Shown: positions 9,655 through 20,252 of the stretch, piece by piece
Layout of the letters: each line of letters starts with the position of its first letter
Position numbering within the stretch: the stretch's first letter is position 1
Source: Roseibacillus sp.
Lineage (GTDB): Bacteria; Verrucomicrobiota; Verrucomicrobiia; Verrucomicrobiales; Akkermansiaceae
Reading direction: 5' to 3'
Assembly (NCBI GenBank): GCA_051251855.1
Contig: JBPOGI010000001.1
Location: forward strand, 1,024,001-1,088,000
Length of the DNA: 64,000 nt
The notes under the pieces: model-generated
The model's database searches: none
The model's input: only the letters and a program-made list of their open reading frames with translations
What the model was told of the DNA's origin: nothing
Program-made: the position numbers and the translations under genes

Positions 9655-10545
9655 GCACTTACTTTTTGGCTCGTTGAAGTTCTGGCTGAAGACAGCCGAA
9701 ACTAGGTCGAGACTGGCAAAGTCCATGATAAGAATGCCCGGAGGCATTTGTGTGTTTGAGAGATGTAATAGGAGGCGCTGGTTGACCCTGTTGCTGATTG
9801 CGGTGATGTTTGGGATTCCCAGCTTCCCCTTCGTGTAGCCACTCGTGAAGTTGAGGGAAAGATGGTTAGGGTGTTTCAACGAATCCTGCCAAAGCTCTGC
9901 AATAAGGTTCCATTTTTCTTCGCCGCTCGAGAGCTGAAATCGGTCTTGGATGAGAAGGCGCTTGCTACGGTGGACACCGCGGTGTCCCCAATTGGTGCCA
10001 TCTATTCCTAGGAGCTTTCTTGCGGGAAAGCGGCGAATAAGAACTGCTTGTCCTCTTACTTGCCCAAGATCGGGCAACTTGGAACCAAGATGCCAGAGGG
10101 ATCTTCTGTGAGAGAAATAGGTTCGCGCGGTTTCCTCAAAGGATCGGGAATTCTGAGAGGGCTTGGAAGTTTCTTGGATCGATACAAGAACGAACTCGCT
10201 AGGATTCTCTTTAAGGAAACTGATGAGCGTTTCCTGCAGCTCAGCAAAGGTCTGTTTTTGGGGAATGAGACCATGATAAAGCAAAAAACCGTCCTCTTCG
10301 TGGCGGCAGCGGATGTCAAGAAAGCGCACTCCTGCGTCAAGTTGCTGTCGAACCGTGAGGCTTTGGCAGCGAGCTGTGCCTAGCAAGGGTTCGAAGAGGG
10401 CAGCAGAATTATGGGTGCCTGGCAATCGAAGCTCCACTAGGGGCGTTTTGCTGGAAACCTCTTTGAGCCATTCATGACCAAAAGGAATTTCTGCCCGTAA
10501 TAGGGGCGACGCTATGAACCAGAATGCTAGCGCAATTTTTCTCAC
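9646..10545 (-). CDS. Phosphatidylinositol-specific phospholipase C (PI-PLC X domain) family protein
   Basis: LPGTHNS, CQ...QQLDAGVRFLDIR, YHG, FL.ENPSE, LGQVRG, IQD motifs; signal peptide. Confidence 0.85.
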   Translation of the reverse strand: MRKIALAFWFIASPLLRAEIPFGHEWLKEVSSKTPLVELRLPGTHNSAALFEPLLGTARCQSLTVRQQLDAGVRFLDIRCRHEEDGFLLYHGLIPQKQTFAELQETLISFLKENPSEFVLVSIQETSKPSQNSRSFEETARTYFSHRRSLWHLGSKLPDLGQVRGQAVLIRRFPARKLLGIDGTNWGHRGVHRSKRLLIQDRFQLSSGEEKWNLIAELWQDSLKHPNHLSLNFTSGYTKGKLGIPNITAISNRVNQRLLLHLSNTQMPPGILIMDFASLDLVSAVFSQNFNEPKSKCSD

Positions 10546-10547
10546 CT

Positions 10548-11300
10548 CTAAGCCAAGGCTTCTTTGGCTGCAGCGGCGATGTAGTCGCGGTTCAGCTTGG
10601 CGATGTTATCGGCTGAAATCTCTTTAGGGCAGGCACCTTCGCACTCATACTGGTTGGTGCAATTACCGAAGCCTTCGTCGTCCATGGCGCGAACCATGGC
10701 AAGGGTGCGCTTATCTTTTTCGGGCTTTCCTTGGGGGAGCTTGTTGAGGTGTGCTGCCTTGGCTGAGACGAACAACATGGCGGAGGCATTTTTACAAGCG
10801 GCAACGCAAGCTCCGCAACCGATACAGGCCGCTGCGGAAAAGGCTTCGTCGGAAACGGTCTTGGGAATGGGAACCGAGTTGGCGTCAGGAGCGGAACCGG
10901 TCCGCACATCGATATAGCCGCCGGCGGAGACAATGCGGTCAAAAGCTGAACGATCGACAACAAGGTCGCGCACGACAGGGAAGGCGTTGGCGCGGAAGGG
11001 CTCGATCCAAATCGTTTCGCCATCTTTAAAGTGGCGCATGTGAAGCTGACAGGTGGTGATCGCCTTTTCCTCGCCATGAGGAATACCGTTGATGGTGAGC
11101 GAGCACATTCCGCAGATACCTTCGCGACAATCGTGGTCAAAGTGAATAGGATCGCCGCCGCTGGTGATGATTCCTTCGTTGACGATATCGAGCATCTCCA
11201 AGAAGGAAGCCGAGGTCGGAATGTCTTTGGCGTCGTAGGTTTCAATGTGACCCTGTGCTTCAGGGTTTTCTTGCCGCCAGACTTTGAGAGTGAGGTTCAT
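10548..11300 (-). CDS. sdhB: Succinate dehydrogenase/fumarate reductase iron-sulfur subunit
   Basis: [31 protein letters not shown] and [12 protein letters not shown]e-S motifs. Confidence 0.96.
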   Translation of the reverse strand: MNLTLKVWRQENPEAQGHIETYDAKDIPTSASFLEMLDIVNEGIITSGGDPIHFDHDCREGICGMCSLTINGIPHGEEKAITTCQLHMRHFKDGETIWIEPFRANAFPVVRDLVVDRSAFDRIVSAGGYIDVRTGSAPDANSVPIPKTVSDEAFSAAACIGCGACVAACKNASAMLFVSAKAAHLNKLPQGKPEKDKRTLAMVRAMDDEGFGNCTNQYECEGACPKEISADNIAKLNRDYIAAAAKEALA

Positions 11301-11321
11301 GTTCGGGAAAGGGTGGTTGTC

Positions 11322-13295
11322 TTATTTGTAGCTGCGGATACTGGGTTTGACGTCTTGGAAAACGAGTTCCTCCTTGTGGAGGACGGGGTCTTTACAGGCT
11401 CCAGTAAATTCCCATGCGGAGACATATTGGTATTCGTTGTCGTGGCGCTTGGCTTCGCCAATTCCGGTGCGACCGTCTTGCACTTCAGGATCGGATTCGG
11501 TGAATTGATGTTCCAGTCTGAAATGTCCGCCGCAGGACTCTTCACGTTCCAAAGCGTCGTGACAAAGGGTGTAAGCAAACTCAAAGAAGTCTGCAACGCG
11601 GCCCGCTTTCTCCAGCTCGGCGTTCATGCCATCACCGGAGCCTGGAACTCGAACATTTTTCCAGAAATCCTCGCGGATGCGGTCGATTTCTTTAAGGGCG
11701 AATTGAAGGCCTTCTTTAGTGCGAGCCATTCCACATTTGTCCCAAACGAGAAGTCCGAGTTCGCGGTGGAAGGAATCAACGGAACGAGTACCGTTGATGG
11801 AAAGAAGGGTTTCGAGCCGTTCCTTGACCGTTTTTTCGGACTCGGCAAAGGCAGGGTGGTCGGTAGTGACGGCGCCTGCTTTTTCATTGGCCAAATAGTT
11901 AGCAATGGTTGTTGGTATGACGAAGTAGCCATCGGCAAGTCCTTGCATCAGGGCGGAGGCGCCTAGGCGGTTCGCTCCGTGGTCTGAAAAATTTGCTTCC
12001 CCTAGAACATGCAACCCAGGGACATTGGACATGAGGTTGTAGTCTACCCAAAGGCCACCCATCGTATAGTGGACGGCAGGGAAAATCTGCATCGGCTGCT
12101 TGTAAGGGTTCTCTCCGGTAATCTTCTCATACATCTGGAAAAGGTTTCCGTAACGAGCGCGAATGGTGTCCTCGCCGAGGCGGTCGATGGCATCGCGGAA
12201 GTCAAGGAAGACACCCAATCCAGTAGGGGCCACTCCTAGCCCTTCGTCACAGACCTCTTTTGCAGAGCGGGATGCAATGTCGCGGGGAGCGAGGTTACCG
12301 AAAGAAGGATACTTACGCTCCAGATAGTAATCGCGATCGTCTTCGGCGATGTCAGAAGCTTTCTTTTTGCCTTTGCGAATGGCTTCTGCATCTTCCTTAC
12401 TCTTAGGAACCCAAATCCGTCCGTCATTGCGAAGAGACTCGGACATCAGGGTCAACTTGGACTGGTAGTCGCCAGAGACGGGGATGCAGGTGGGGTGGAT
12501 TTGAGTGTAACAAGGATTGGCCATGTAGGCGCCCTTCTTATGAGCCTTCCAAGCGGCCATCACGTTGCAGCCCATGGCGTTTGTGGAGAGGTAAAAAACG
12601 TTTCCATATCCGCCGGTAGCGAGGATGACGGCATCGGCAGCGTGCTTGGTGATTTCGCCGGTCTTGAGATTGCGCATCACGACACCTTTGGCATGACCGT
12701 CGACGATGACGAGGTCGAGCATCTCGGTGCGGGTGAACATTTCGACGCCGCCCTTGGCAACTTCCTTCTCGAGAGCTTGATAGCAACCGATGAGAAGTTG
12801 CTGTCCAGTTTGGCCGCGAGCGTAAAAGGTGCGGGAGACTTGGGCGCCACCAAAAGAGCGGTTGTCGAGAAGACCACCATACTCGCGAGCGAAGGGAACA
12901 CCTTGCGCGGTGCACTGGTCGATGATGTTTCCAGAGACTTCCGCGAGGCGATGAACGTTAGAGTCACGAGAACGAAAGTCGCCACCCTTGAGAGTGTCGT
13001 AAAAGAGACGGCGAATTGAGTCACCATCATTGCGATAGTTCTTAGCGGCATTAATGCCCCCTTGAGCCGCAATGGAGTGAGCGCGACGAGGAGAGTCTTG
13101 ATAGCAGAAGCACTGAACCTGATAACCTAGTTCAGAGAGAGTGGCTGCGGCGGAACCTCCTGCAAGCCCAGAGCCCACGACAATGACCTTGAATTTCCGC
13201 TTATTGGCTGGGTTGATGAGCTTGGAGTTCATCTTGTGGCTAGTCCACTTGTCGGCAAGAGGGCCATCCGGAACGTTACTATTGAGAGTGCTCAT
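11322..13295 (-). CDS. sdhA: Succinate dehydrogenase/fumarate reductase flavoprotein subunit
   Basis: [21 protein letters not shown] (covalent FAD His), [28 protein letters not shown]. Start set at ATG 13295 (MSTLNS); the longer ORF overlaps sdhC. Confidence 0.96.
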   Translation of the reverse strand: MSTLNSNVPDGPLADKWTSHKMNSKLINPANKRKFKVIVVGSGLAGGSAAATLSELGYQVQCFCYQDSPRRAHSIAAQGGINAAKNYRNDGDSIRRLFYDTLKGGDFRSRDSNVHRLAEVSGNIIDQCTAQGVPFAREYGGLLDNRSFGGAQVSRTFYARGQTGQQLLIGCYQALEKEVAKGGVEMFTRTEMLDLVIVDGHAKGVVMRNLKTGEITKHAADAVILATGGYGNVFYLSTNAMGCNVMAAWKAHKKGAYMANPCYTQIHPTCIPVSGDYQSKLTLMSESLRNDGRIWVPKSKEDAEAIRKGKKKASDIAEDDRDYYLERKYPSFGNLAPRDIASRSAKEVCDEGLGVAPTGLGVFLDFRDAIDRLGEDTIRARYGNLFQMYEKITGENPYKQPMQIFPAVHYTMGGLWVDYNLMSNVPGLHVLGEANFSDHGANRLGASALMQGLADGYFVIPTTIANYLANEKAGAVTTDHPAFAESEKTVKERLETLLSINGTRSVDSFHRELGLLVWDKCGMARTKEGLQFALKEIDRIREDFWKNVRVPGSGDGMNAELEKAGRVADFFEFAYTLCHDALEREESCGGHFRLEHQFTESDPEVQDGRTGIGEAKRHDNEYQYVSAWEFTGACKDPVLHKEELVFQDVKPSIRSYK

Positions 13296-13324
13296 AGAGT
13301 TGGAAAAATAGAGAAAAGGTGAAA

Positions 13325-14008
13325 TTAGTTGCTGCCGAAGCCGAAGATACGAATAGCAAAAGGAATGGAGAGGAAACCAATGAGGACTAGGAGAGCGTAT
13401 GCTTTGCCTGCCTTGTCGAGGATATCGCGGGTTTTGGCTGACCGGAAGCCGAGGGTTTGGAAGACAGAAGAGAAACCGTGGCTCAAGTGAGAGCAAAGGA
13501 GAACCATGGAAACAGTGTAGAAAATCACCACAAGCCAATTCTGGAATCCTACAATGACCATCTGGTAGGGACTCTCTTTAGCGATTTTAGCCAGTTCGGG
13601 GTCGACACGCACCGTGTAGTGAAGAATGTGAAAGATGATAAAAGCGAGAACGGTGAGCCCCGACCAAATCATGATTTTCGATGACCTGCTGGCTCCGATA
13701 GTCGCTTCGTGGGCGTAGGCAGGTCTGGCGGCTTTGTTTTGGCGGACAAGGGAGACCGTCGCTACAACATGGAGAATAAGGGAACCAAGAAGAACGAAAC
13801 GAGCTATCCAAATGACCGAACCGTGGCCCATGTGATGGAGAAAATAGGCGTAATCGTTGAAAGATTTCTCACCAGCAAAGATGAGCATGTTTCCTGTTAG
13901 ATGAGCCAAAAGAAAGCCAATGAAGACAAGTCCGGTAACGGCGACTACCGTCTTTTTTCCGATCGAGGAGTTCCAAAGAGAGAAGACAGATTGCGTAAGT
14001 GCGGTCAT
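13325..14008 (-). CDS. sdhC: Succinate dehydrogenase cytochrome b (b558-type) subunit
   Basis: SSIGKK.VVAVTG, five TM segments with conserved His residues, HL.HG..S.FQTLG; first gene of sdhCAB. Confidence 0.93.
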   Translation of the reverse strand: MTALTQSVFSLWNSSIGKKTVVAVTGLVFIGFLLAHLTGNMLIFAGEKSFNDYAYFLHHMGHGSVIWIARFVLLGSLILHVVATVSLVRQNKAARPAYAHEATIGASRSSKIMIWSGLTVLAFIIFHILHYTVRVDPELAKIAKESPYQMVIVGFQNWLVVIFYTVSMVLLCSHLSHGFSSVFQTLGFRSAKTRDILDKAGKAYALLVLIGFLSIPFAIRIFGFGSN

Positions 14009-14172
14009 GGAGTGAAAGACGGCCGAAGGTGTGCCCAGAACATGGATTTCGCAAGTGAGAATGTTGGCACTTTGTTCTGGAAGCGAGGTCTAAGGCTCTG
14101 GCGAGTCTTTTGTCATTAATCTTTTTAAAAGAATTGCCTATTTGTTAACAATTAAGTATTCTTAAGTTTGTT

Positions 14173-14793
14173 ATGAGAACCAATGCTCTCCCATCATTAC
14201 TTGTGGCGTCTGCTGGCTTCGGCTTTGCAGGCGAATCTCCCAAGCAGGCGATTATCCCTGCAGCTGTTATTCCTCAATCATCAGGTTGTCCTGAGTGTTT
14301 GAATTTTTCAGGGCTCTTCTTGGGCGCTGGAGTTGACTACTTATTTGATGCCGAGAGCGAGTATTACAATGGACGTGTGGGCTATGAGTTTGCGAACAAG
14401 AAGGGTTATTCACAATCTCTCTTCTTGGAAGTTGGTTGGATGGACAACGATGATGATTACTTGAACGGGCTCCAAGCTATTCCAGTAACTCTCAATTATG
14501 AGTATAAGCGTGCGCTCACTCGTTGTTTGAATTTTTATATTGGAGGTGGTGTTGGTGTGGCGTTTACAGACAACGACTCTGAGGTTCTCGATGATAAGGG
14601 AGCTCCTACCGGAGAATTCGATAGTCACGACGACACTGTTTTCGTGGTGCAGGCTTTCGCTGGTTTAACCTACTGCGTGACTGAAAGCGTTGAGCTTTAT
14701 GGTGGCGTTCGTTACCTCTGGTCTGACGACATCGGCGACGGTGAGGGCATTGATGACTGGTCGATCGGTGCAGGACTTCGCGTAAAGTTCTAG
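14173..14793 (+). CDS. Outer membrane beta-barrel (OmpA/OmpW-like porin family) protein
   Basis: Signal peptide, alternating beta-strand pattern, FYIGGGVG, C-terminal AGLRVKF ending in Phe. Confidence 0.8.
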   Translation: MRTNALPSLLVASAGFGFAGESPKQAIIPAAVIPQSSGCPECLNFSGLFLGAGVDYLFDAESEYYNGRVGYEFANKKGYSQSLFLEVGWMDNDDDYLNGLQAIPVTLNYEYKRALTRCLNFYIGGGVGVAFTDNDSEVLDDKGAPTGEFDSHDDTVFVVQAFAGLTYCVTESVELYGGVRYLWSDDIGDGEGIDDWSIGAGLRVKF

Positions 14794-14816
14794 CCAAACC
14801 TCTTCATATTTTTTTG

Positions 14817-14845
14817 GCCGATTCCATCTGGGATCGGCTTTTTTT
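14817..14845 (+). terminator. Intrinsic terminator after the beta-barrel gene
   Basis: GCCGATTCC-ATCT-GGGATCGGC stem-loop followed by T7, between convergent genes. Confidence 0.8.
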
Positions 14846-14850
14846 ATGCC

Positions 14851-15438
14851 CTAGTATCCACCTTTCTCAGACGCTGGGGAGGTGTGCGGGCCGTGACCAG
14901 GGTAGATGCGGGTTTCATCGGGGAGGGTTAGCAGCTTGGTTCTGATCCCTTCGAAGAGTTCTTCGTGACTGCCGCCGGGGAGGTCGGTTCGTCCTGCTCC
15001 TTGATTGAAGAGGGTGTCGCCTGCGAGAGCTAAGTTGGCTTGGGGTAATGAGTAGACGAGAGAGTCTGGCGAGTGTCCGGGAACATGCAGAAGGTCGAAG
15101 GCGAAGTTGCCGAATTGAAGGGTTTCTTTGTCCTTTAGAATGACATCGACATTGAAGTCGGGAACCTCGATGGGAAGGCCCCAAGAGCGTGCTTGTTCGT
15201 CCAGTATGAGATCGTGGGAAAAGGGAGCGTAAGCGTGGATGGGGCAAGTGAAGCGGTGGGCATCTTCGACATGGTCGAAGTGTTGATGGGTGAGGAGGAG
15301 ATAGTCGGGAGTGAGGTCTTTCTGGAGAAGCCAATCGAAAACTCCAGCAGGAGCATCGACCAGAATGGTAACGCCCCCGTCTTCGAGCAAATAGGCGTTG
15401 GTAGCGACCATGCCGCCAGTGAACATCTCAAGATTCAT
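14851..15438 (-). CDS. MBL-fold metallo-hydrolase (glyoxalase II-like)
   Basis: THQHFDH, VPGHSPD, GDTLF, GRTDLPGG, YPGHG motifs. Confidence 0.92.
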   Translation of the reverse strand: MNLEMFTGGMVATNAYLLEDGGVTILVDAPAGVFDWLLQKDLTPDYLLLTHQHFDHVEDAHRFTCPIHAYAPFSHDLILDEQARSWGLPIEVPDFNVDVILKDKETLQFGNFAFDLLHVPGHSPDSLVYSLPQANLALAGDTLFNQGAGRTDLPGGSHEELFEGIRTKLLTLPDETRIYPGHGPHTSPASEKGGY

Positions 15439-15502
15439 GGGGGTGATCTATGAGGTGTGAAGACGCTTGTCGATAGTTTGCGGGCGGATTGTCGGCAGGC
15501 TG

Positions 15503-17023
15503 TTAGCGTCCGTCGCCGGTGTAGATGATTTTTCCGTCCTTGGGTGCTTGGGGCCAGGGAGTGGTGCCGGGCGCCCATTCTTTGGGTTGGGTGTCGCGGA
15601 TTTTTTGGACGTGGTCTTTGACCCATTGGGGAGCGTTTGCGTTTTCGTCTTGGCCATAGACCCAGGGAAGAGCGGGGCTCATGAGGCGGTCCATCCCTTC
15701 GAGAGGAGGACGTTCTTTAGCGGCTTGGTCGAGGATGGCTTGGAGGCTGGCGACGATGTCGGGGTGCTTGTCGGCGATATTGGTTTTCTCGCTCGGGTCC
15801 TCTGCGATATTGAAGAGTTCTTCGCCAAGAAGCTTGTAGTCGCCGCGCAAGATGCAGGGAGGACGCACGGAGCCGGAGATTTCGAAGATAATTTCGTCGC
15901 GAGGGCTTTGCTTTCCTTCGAAGAGGGCGGGTAGCATGCTGAGACCGTCGAGGGGACGTTCTTGTTTGAGGCTGCCGCCACCAAGTTCGACGAACATGTT
16001 GTAGAGATCCACGATGTGGAAGACGGCTTCGTTCTCGCCGCCTGCTTTGACTTTTTCAGGCCAGCGCATCACGAAGGGAACGCGGACGCCTCCTTCGAAA
16101 TTGGTGTTCTTGGTGCCACGGAAGGGAGCGTTCATTTCTTCGCGAAGACCGCCATTGTCGTTGGCAAAAATGACGACGGTGTTGTCACCGAAACCAGCTT
16201 GGTCGACGGCTCCCACGATGCGGCCGACGGCGTCGTCGAGGCATTTGAGGGCGGCATAGCGCTTGTCGAGGGTGTCGGTGTAGCGGGGGATTTCTTCTAG
16301 TGGACCGTGAACAGCGTTGAAGGGCACGTAGAAAAAGAAGGGCTTGTCGGCGGTTTGTTCGCCGATGAGACGAACGGTCTCGTTGGCGATGAGGTCGGTG
16401 GCGTAGCCTTGCTCAAAGACGGGCTTCTGGTCGCGGTGCCAGTCGTAGACCGCGTAGCGTGCGGGGGCGTTGTGCGGGATGGTGTAATTGTTGTAGTCGA
16501 TGCCCCAGCCATAGTGGCCGTATTGATGGTCGAAGCCTTGTCCCATGGGAAGGTTTTCGGGCAGCCACTCGCCGCAATGCCACTTGCCAATCATGCCAGT
16601 GGTGTAGCCGACTTCTTTGAGAGCTTCGGCGACGGTGCGCTCTTCGGTGGCAAGGGCGTGAATGCGTCGGGTCTCGTCACCTTCATCGTTTTTGACGAGC
16701 TCCATATCTAACATTGCGAGGTAGCTGGGCTTGCCGAAGTCCTCTGAGCGCCAGTCACTCCAAGTCCGGAAAGCATAGCGTCCGGTGAGAAAGGCGGAGC
16801 GAGTGGGCGCACAAACAGCATGGACATAAAATCGGGTGTAGCTGGTGCCTTCTTGGCGCAGCTTGTCGATATGCGGAGTGTGGTTGGGGTCGCCACCGTT
16901 GAAGCCGGGTTCGTTCCATCCCATATCATCGGAGAGGATGAAGACGATGTTGGGACGGGTGCCTGCGACTTCGGCGTGAAGGACAGGCGAGAGGAGAGCG
17001 AGAGCGCAGAGAAGTGTTTTCAT
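15503..17023 (-). CDS. Arylsulfatase (formylglycine-dependent S1 family), secreted
   Basis: PNIVFILSDDMG, CAPTRSAFLTGR (CxPxR), GKWH, DNGG, KNTNFEGGVRVP. Confidence 0.93.
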   Translation of the reverse strand: MKTLLCALALLSPVLHAEVAGTRPNIVFILSDDMGWNEPGFNGGDPNHTPHIDKLRQEGTSYTRFYVHAVCAPTRSAFLTGRYAFRTWSDWRSEDFGKPSYLAMLDMELVKNDEGDETRRIHALATEERTVAEALKEVGYTTGMIGKWHCGEWLPENLPMGQGFDHQYGHYGWGIDYNNYTIPHNAPARYAVYDWHRDQKPVFEQGYATDLIANETVRLIGEQTADKPFFFYVPFNAVHGPLEEIPRYTDTLDKRYAALKCLDDAVGRIVGAVDQAGFGDNTVVIFANDNGGLREEMNAPFRGTKNTNFEGGVRVPFVMRWPEKVKAGGENEAVFHIVDLYNMFVELGGGSLKQERPLDGLSMLPALFEGKQSPRDEIIFEISGSVRPPCILRGDYKLLGEELFNIAEDPSEKTNIADKHPDIVASLQAILDQAAKERPPLEGMDRLMSPALPWVYGQDENANAPQWVKDHVQKIRDTQPKEWAPGTTPWPQAPKDGKIIYTGDGR

Positions 17024-17045
17024 AAGGTTGTGGGAAAGTGAGATG

Positions 17046-17945
17046 TTAGACGTCGCAGATACTGATGGCTTCTTGGAGGCCTTTCAAAGGGTCGCCGACG
17101 GGGAGCCATTCGTGTCCGATATAGCCGGTGTAGCCAGTGGCGAGGATGGCTTTCATGAGGCCGCGGTAATTGATTTCTTGGTCGTCGCCGATTTCGCCAC
17201 GACCGGGGTTGCCGGCAATTTGGACGTGGGCGATGAGGTCTTTGTTTTCTTGGAATCGTTTGATGAGGTCGCCATCCATGACTTGAATATGATAGGCATC
17301 GAAGAGGAGTTTGAAGTTGGGTGAGTTGACGGCCTTGATGATTTCGAGGCAAGTGTCCATGTGGTCGCCTTGGTAGCCGGGGTGACCCTTCATGGCTTCG
17401 TCGTTGCGGGTGTTGAGGGGCTCAAGAATGAGGGTGACTCCAGCTTTTTCGGCGATGGGGGCCATTCGCTGGTAGCCTTCAACACAGCTAGCAAAGCCTT
17501 CTTCGGGGGTGACTTTGCTGCCGTTTTCTTCGGAAGAGGTGTCGAGTAGGCCGGTGAAGGTCATGACGTTGGGGAAGCCAGCTTCGGAGGTGGCGGCGAT
17601 GGCTTTTTCGAGAGTGGCAAAGACTTCAGCGTGGTGGCCCTTGTTGTTCATGCCGCGAACGAAGGTGTGGGATTTAGTGGCGCCGCAGACGAGTCCGGTG
17701 CCTTTAAGGAGAGGGAGGTCTTCGGCGGGGAAGAGCTCGATGCCGGCTACGCCGAGGTTTTGAGCGTGTTTGATGAGTTCTTGGTGGGTCCAGCCAGCTT
17801 TGGTCATAAAGGGCCAGGCGGCGATGACCTGCTTGAGATTGCCTTTGAGCTTGGTGGGAGCTTCTTTTTCGGCCCCTGTGAGGAGGGAGGGGCTGGCGGC
17901 GGCGCAGGTGGCGAGAAATCGTCGTCGATTGGTAGATAGGCTCAT
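17046..17945 (-). CDS. Hydroxypyruvate isomerase/xylose isomerase-like TIM barrel, Tat-exported
   Basis: Start moved to ATG 17945, giving the Tat motif TNRRRFL; LEPLN...HPGY, LLFDAYHIQ..GD, HVQIA.NPGRGE, EINY, IGHEW. Confidence 0.85.
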   Translation of the reverse strand: MSLSTNRRRFLATCAAASPSLLTGAEKEAPTKLKGNLKQVIAAWPFMTKAGWTHQELIKHAQNLGVAGIELFPAEDLPLLKGTGLVCGATKSHTFVRGMNNKGHHAEVFATLEKAIAATSEAGFPNVMTFTGLLDTSSEENGSKVTPEEGFASCVEGYQRMAPIAEKAGVTLILEPLNTRNDEAMKGHPGYQGDHMDTCLEIIKAVNSPNFKLLFDAYHIQVMDGDLIKRFQENKDLIAHVQIAGNPGRGEIGDDQEINYRGLMKAILATGYTGYIGHEWLPVGDPLKGLQEAISICDV

Positions 17946-18052
17946 TCGGGAAGAGTATGTGCACTGGAATCGCTTTTGTGCAGTCAGAAAAGAAGGGCTG
18001 ACGGCGAAACTTGCTCTTGTCGGTAGCGCGGGGTTTGCGCAGGCTTTTGCCG

Positions 18053-18559
18053 ATGGCAACAGGTTCAGAAATTGTGCAAGTGGGGGTCGTGATGGGGAGT
18101 GACTCGGATTGGCCCACGATGGTGAAGGCGACCGAGGTGCTGGAGGAGTTTGGGGTCGCTTACGAAGCCCGAGTGGTCAGTGCGCATCGGACGCCGGAGC
18201 TTTTGATGGAATATGGGCAGACTGCTTTAGACCGAGGCTTGAAGTGTATTATTGCGGGAGCGGGTGGCGCGGCGCATTTGCCTGGGATGTTGGCTGCGGC
18301 GACCATTGTCCCTGTGCTGGGGGTGCCGGTGCGGTCGAAGGCGCTGAGTGGGATGGATTCTTTGCTGTCGATTGTGCAGATGCCGAAGGGAATTCCGGTG
18401 GCGACGTTCGCGATTGGGGAAGCAGGGGCTGCGAATGCGGGTTTGGCGGCGGTTTCGATTTTGGCGAATGAGAATGCGGAGCTACGCGAGAAGTTGTTGA
18501 AGTTCCGCGAGAACCAGCGGGATACTGTTTTGGCGAAGACGCTGCCACCGCAACTCTGA
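18053..18559 (+). CDS. purE: N5-carboxyaminoimidazole ribonucleotide mutase
   Basis: [44 protein letters not shown]; start at ATG 18053. Confidence 0.97.
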   Translation: MATGSEIVQVGVVMGSDSDWPTMVKATEVLEEFGVAYEARVVSAHRTPELLMEYGQTALDRGLKCIIAGAGGAAHLPGMLAAATIVPVLGVPVRSKALSGMDSLLSIVQMPKGIPVATFAIGEAGAANAGLAAVSILANENAELREKLLKFRENQRDTVLAKTLPPQL

Positions 18560-18563
18560 TTTT

Positions 18564-19694
18564 TTGAAGACGATGATTTTACCGGGTGGAACACTGGGGG
18601 TTTTGGGCGGCGGACAGTTGGGACGCATGTTGTGTCTGGAAGCACGGCGCATGGGTTATCGCACCATCGTGTGGAGCGGTTCGGATGTGGCGGAGCCGAC
18701 GCAAGGGGTGGCGGATGAGGTGATTTTGAAGCCGTTTTCCGATGCGGAGGCGCAGGCTTACTTTATTAAAGAGGTCGATGTCGCGACGGTGGAGTTTGAG
18801 AATATTGACCATGATGTTTTACGAGCGGTTGATGAAGCGGTGGGTCTGCATCCTCGACCAGAGGCGGTGGCGATTTGTCAGAATCGTGAGCGAGAGAAGA
18901 TGTTTTTGCAGGGACAAGGGATTCCTTGTGCGCCTTTTCGTGTGATTGAGAACGCGGCTGATTTGGCGGCGGGGGTGACGGAGTTGGGTGGCAAGGGAGT
19001 GCTCAAGACCGCAGCCTTTGGTTATGATGGTAAGGGGCAGATTCGGGTTTCGGAGGGAATGGACTGGGAAACGGTTTGGGCGGAGTTTGATTTTCCGCGG
19101 GCGGTGTTAGAAAAATGGATTCCGTTCGAAAAAGAGGTTTCAGTCATGGTGGCTCGGGGTGGGGATGGTGAGATGGTGGTCTATGATGTCGCGGAGAATG
19201 TGCATCGAGAGCATGTCTTGGACTATTCGATTGTTCCCGCCGAGATTGACCCTGCGATTGCGCAGAAGGCTCAGGAGTTGGCGAGGAAATTGGCTGAGGG
19301 CCTCGATTATCGTGGGATTATGGGGGTGGAGTTTTTTGTCTCGGAGGCCGATGGGTTGATCGTGAATGAAATGGCGCCACGTCCGCATAACTCGGGGCAT
19401 CACACCATGGATGCGTGTGAGGCGTCGCAGTTCGAGCAGCAGTTGAGGGCGGTGATGGGGATTTCGTTGGGAAGTTCCAAGTTGTTAGAGCCGGTGGTGA
19501 TGTTGAACCTGTTAGGCGACCTTTGGCGTGGGGAGGGGCTCTTTGATAAGTTGGCTAATTCGGAACGGACGACTTGGCATGTTTATGGGAAGTCTCGGAG
19601 TTCGGGATTGAGGAAGTGTGGGCACGCGAACTTTTTGGGGGGAGGGGCGCTAGAACGGGCCTCGACGCTGAAGAAGTCGGTGTTGGGTTCCTGA
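18564..19694 (+). CDS. purK: N5-carboxyaminoimidazole ribonucleotide synthase
   Basis: GGGQLGRM, TVEFENI, GYDGKGQ, NEMAPRPHNSGH, SQFEQQLRA; follows purE (start TTG 18564 or ATG 18573). Confidence 0.96.
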   Translation: MKTMILPGGTLGVLGGGQLGRMLCLEARRMGYRTIVWSGSDVAEPTQGVADEVILKPFSDAEAQAYFIKEVDVATVEFENIDHDVLRAVDEAVGLHPRPEAVAICQNREREKMFLQGQGIPCAPFRVIENAADLAAGVTELGGKGVLKTAAFGYDGKGQIRVSEGMDWETVWAEFDFPRAVLEKWIPFEKEVSVMVARGGDGEMVVYDVAENVHREHVLDYSIVPAEIDPAIAQKAQELARKLAEGLDYRGIMGVEFFVSEADGLIVNEMAPRPHNSGHHTMDACEASQFEQQLRAVMGISLGSSKLLEPVVMLNLLGDLWRGEGLFDKLANSERTTWHVYGKSRSSGLRKCGHANFLGGGALERASTLKKSVLGS

Positions 19695-19702
19695 CTGGGT
19701 TT

Positions 19703-19834
19703 GTCACTGGGAGCGCTGGTCTTCGACCGGCCCCACTGGTTCGTTTTTCCGAAGTGATTGGGGTGGTTTGGGGTTTTGACGAACCTGCTTTGACGGGGCA
19801 GTGGGGCCGGTCACAGACCAGCGCTCCCAGTGAC
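19703..19834. repeat. REP-like inverted doublet: two 36-bp arms (34/36 identical) around a 60-bp spacer
   Basis: gtcactgggagcgctggtcttcgaccggccccactg (19703-19738) versus the reverse complement of 19799-19834; each arm contains its own small hairpin. Confidence 0.8.
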
Positions 19835-20248
19835 GGTTCTTGTGAGAATTTCGGCGTGGTCGAAGGCGAGTAGGGGGAGGTTGTGGAGGGGGTGCCATTG
19901 GACGGCGGTGGCGTCGTCGGCGGCTTTGGGGGATTGGGTGTCTTGATTAGTTTTTGCGAGATAGACGAGTGAGACGGTATGACCTCGAGGGTCTCGGTTG
20001 GGGCGGCCGTAGAAGCCGGCTTGGTGGAATGTGAGTCCGGTAAGGTGGGTTTCTTCTTCCAGTTCGCGTGCGACGGCGTGGTCGGGATTTTCATTCTCGT
20101 CAACGAAGCCTCCCGGGAAGGCCCATTGGCCAGCGAAGGGTTCGTTCTTTCGCTGGATGAGGAGAACGTGAGTGGGGTTCTCCTCGGGCGCGAGCACGAT
20201 GGCGTCGACGGTGACCGCTGGGCGAGGGTAGTCGTAGGTGAAGGGCAT
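19811..20248 (-). CDS. Nudix hydrolase (ADP-ribose pyrophosphatase-like)
   Basis: PRPAVTVD, WAFPGGFVDENE....AVARELEEET Nudix box, RDPRG, LAFDH; last gene of the NAD salvage operon; no wHTH domain. Confidence 0.9.
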   Translation of the reverse strand: MPFTYDYPRPAVTVDAIVLAPEENPTHVLLIQRKNEPFAGQWAFPGGFVDENENPDHAVARELEEETHLTGLTFHQAGFYGRPNRDPRGHTVSLVYLAKTNQDTQSPKAADDATAVQWHPLHNLPLLAFDHAEILTRTVTGSAGL

Positions 20249-20252
20249 GGCG

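Noticed and set aside
19811..20248. Nudix gene as NrtR itself
   Set aside because: No C-terminal wHTH domain, and the Nudix box looks intact, which fits an enzyme.
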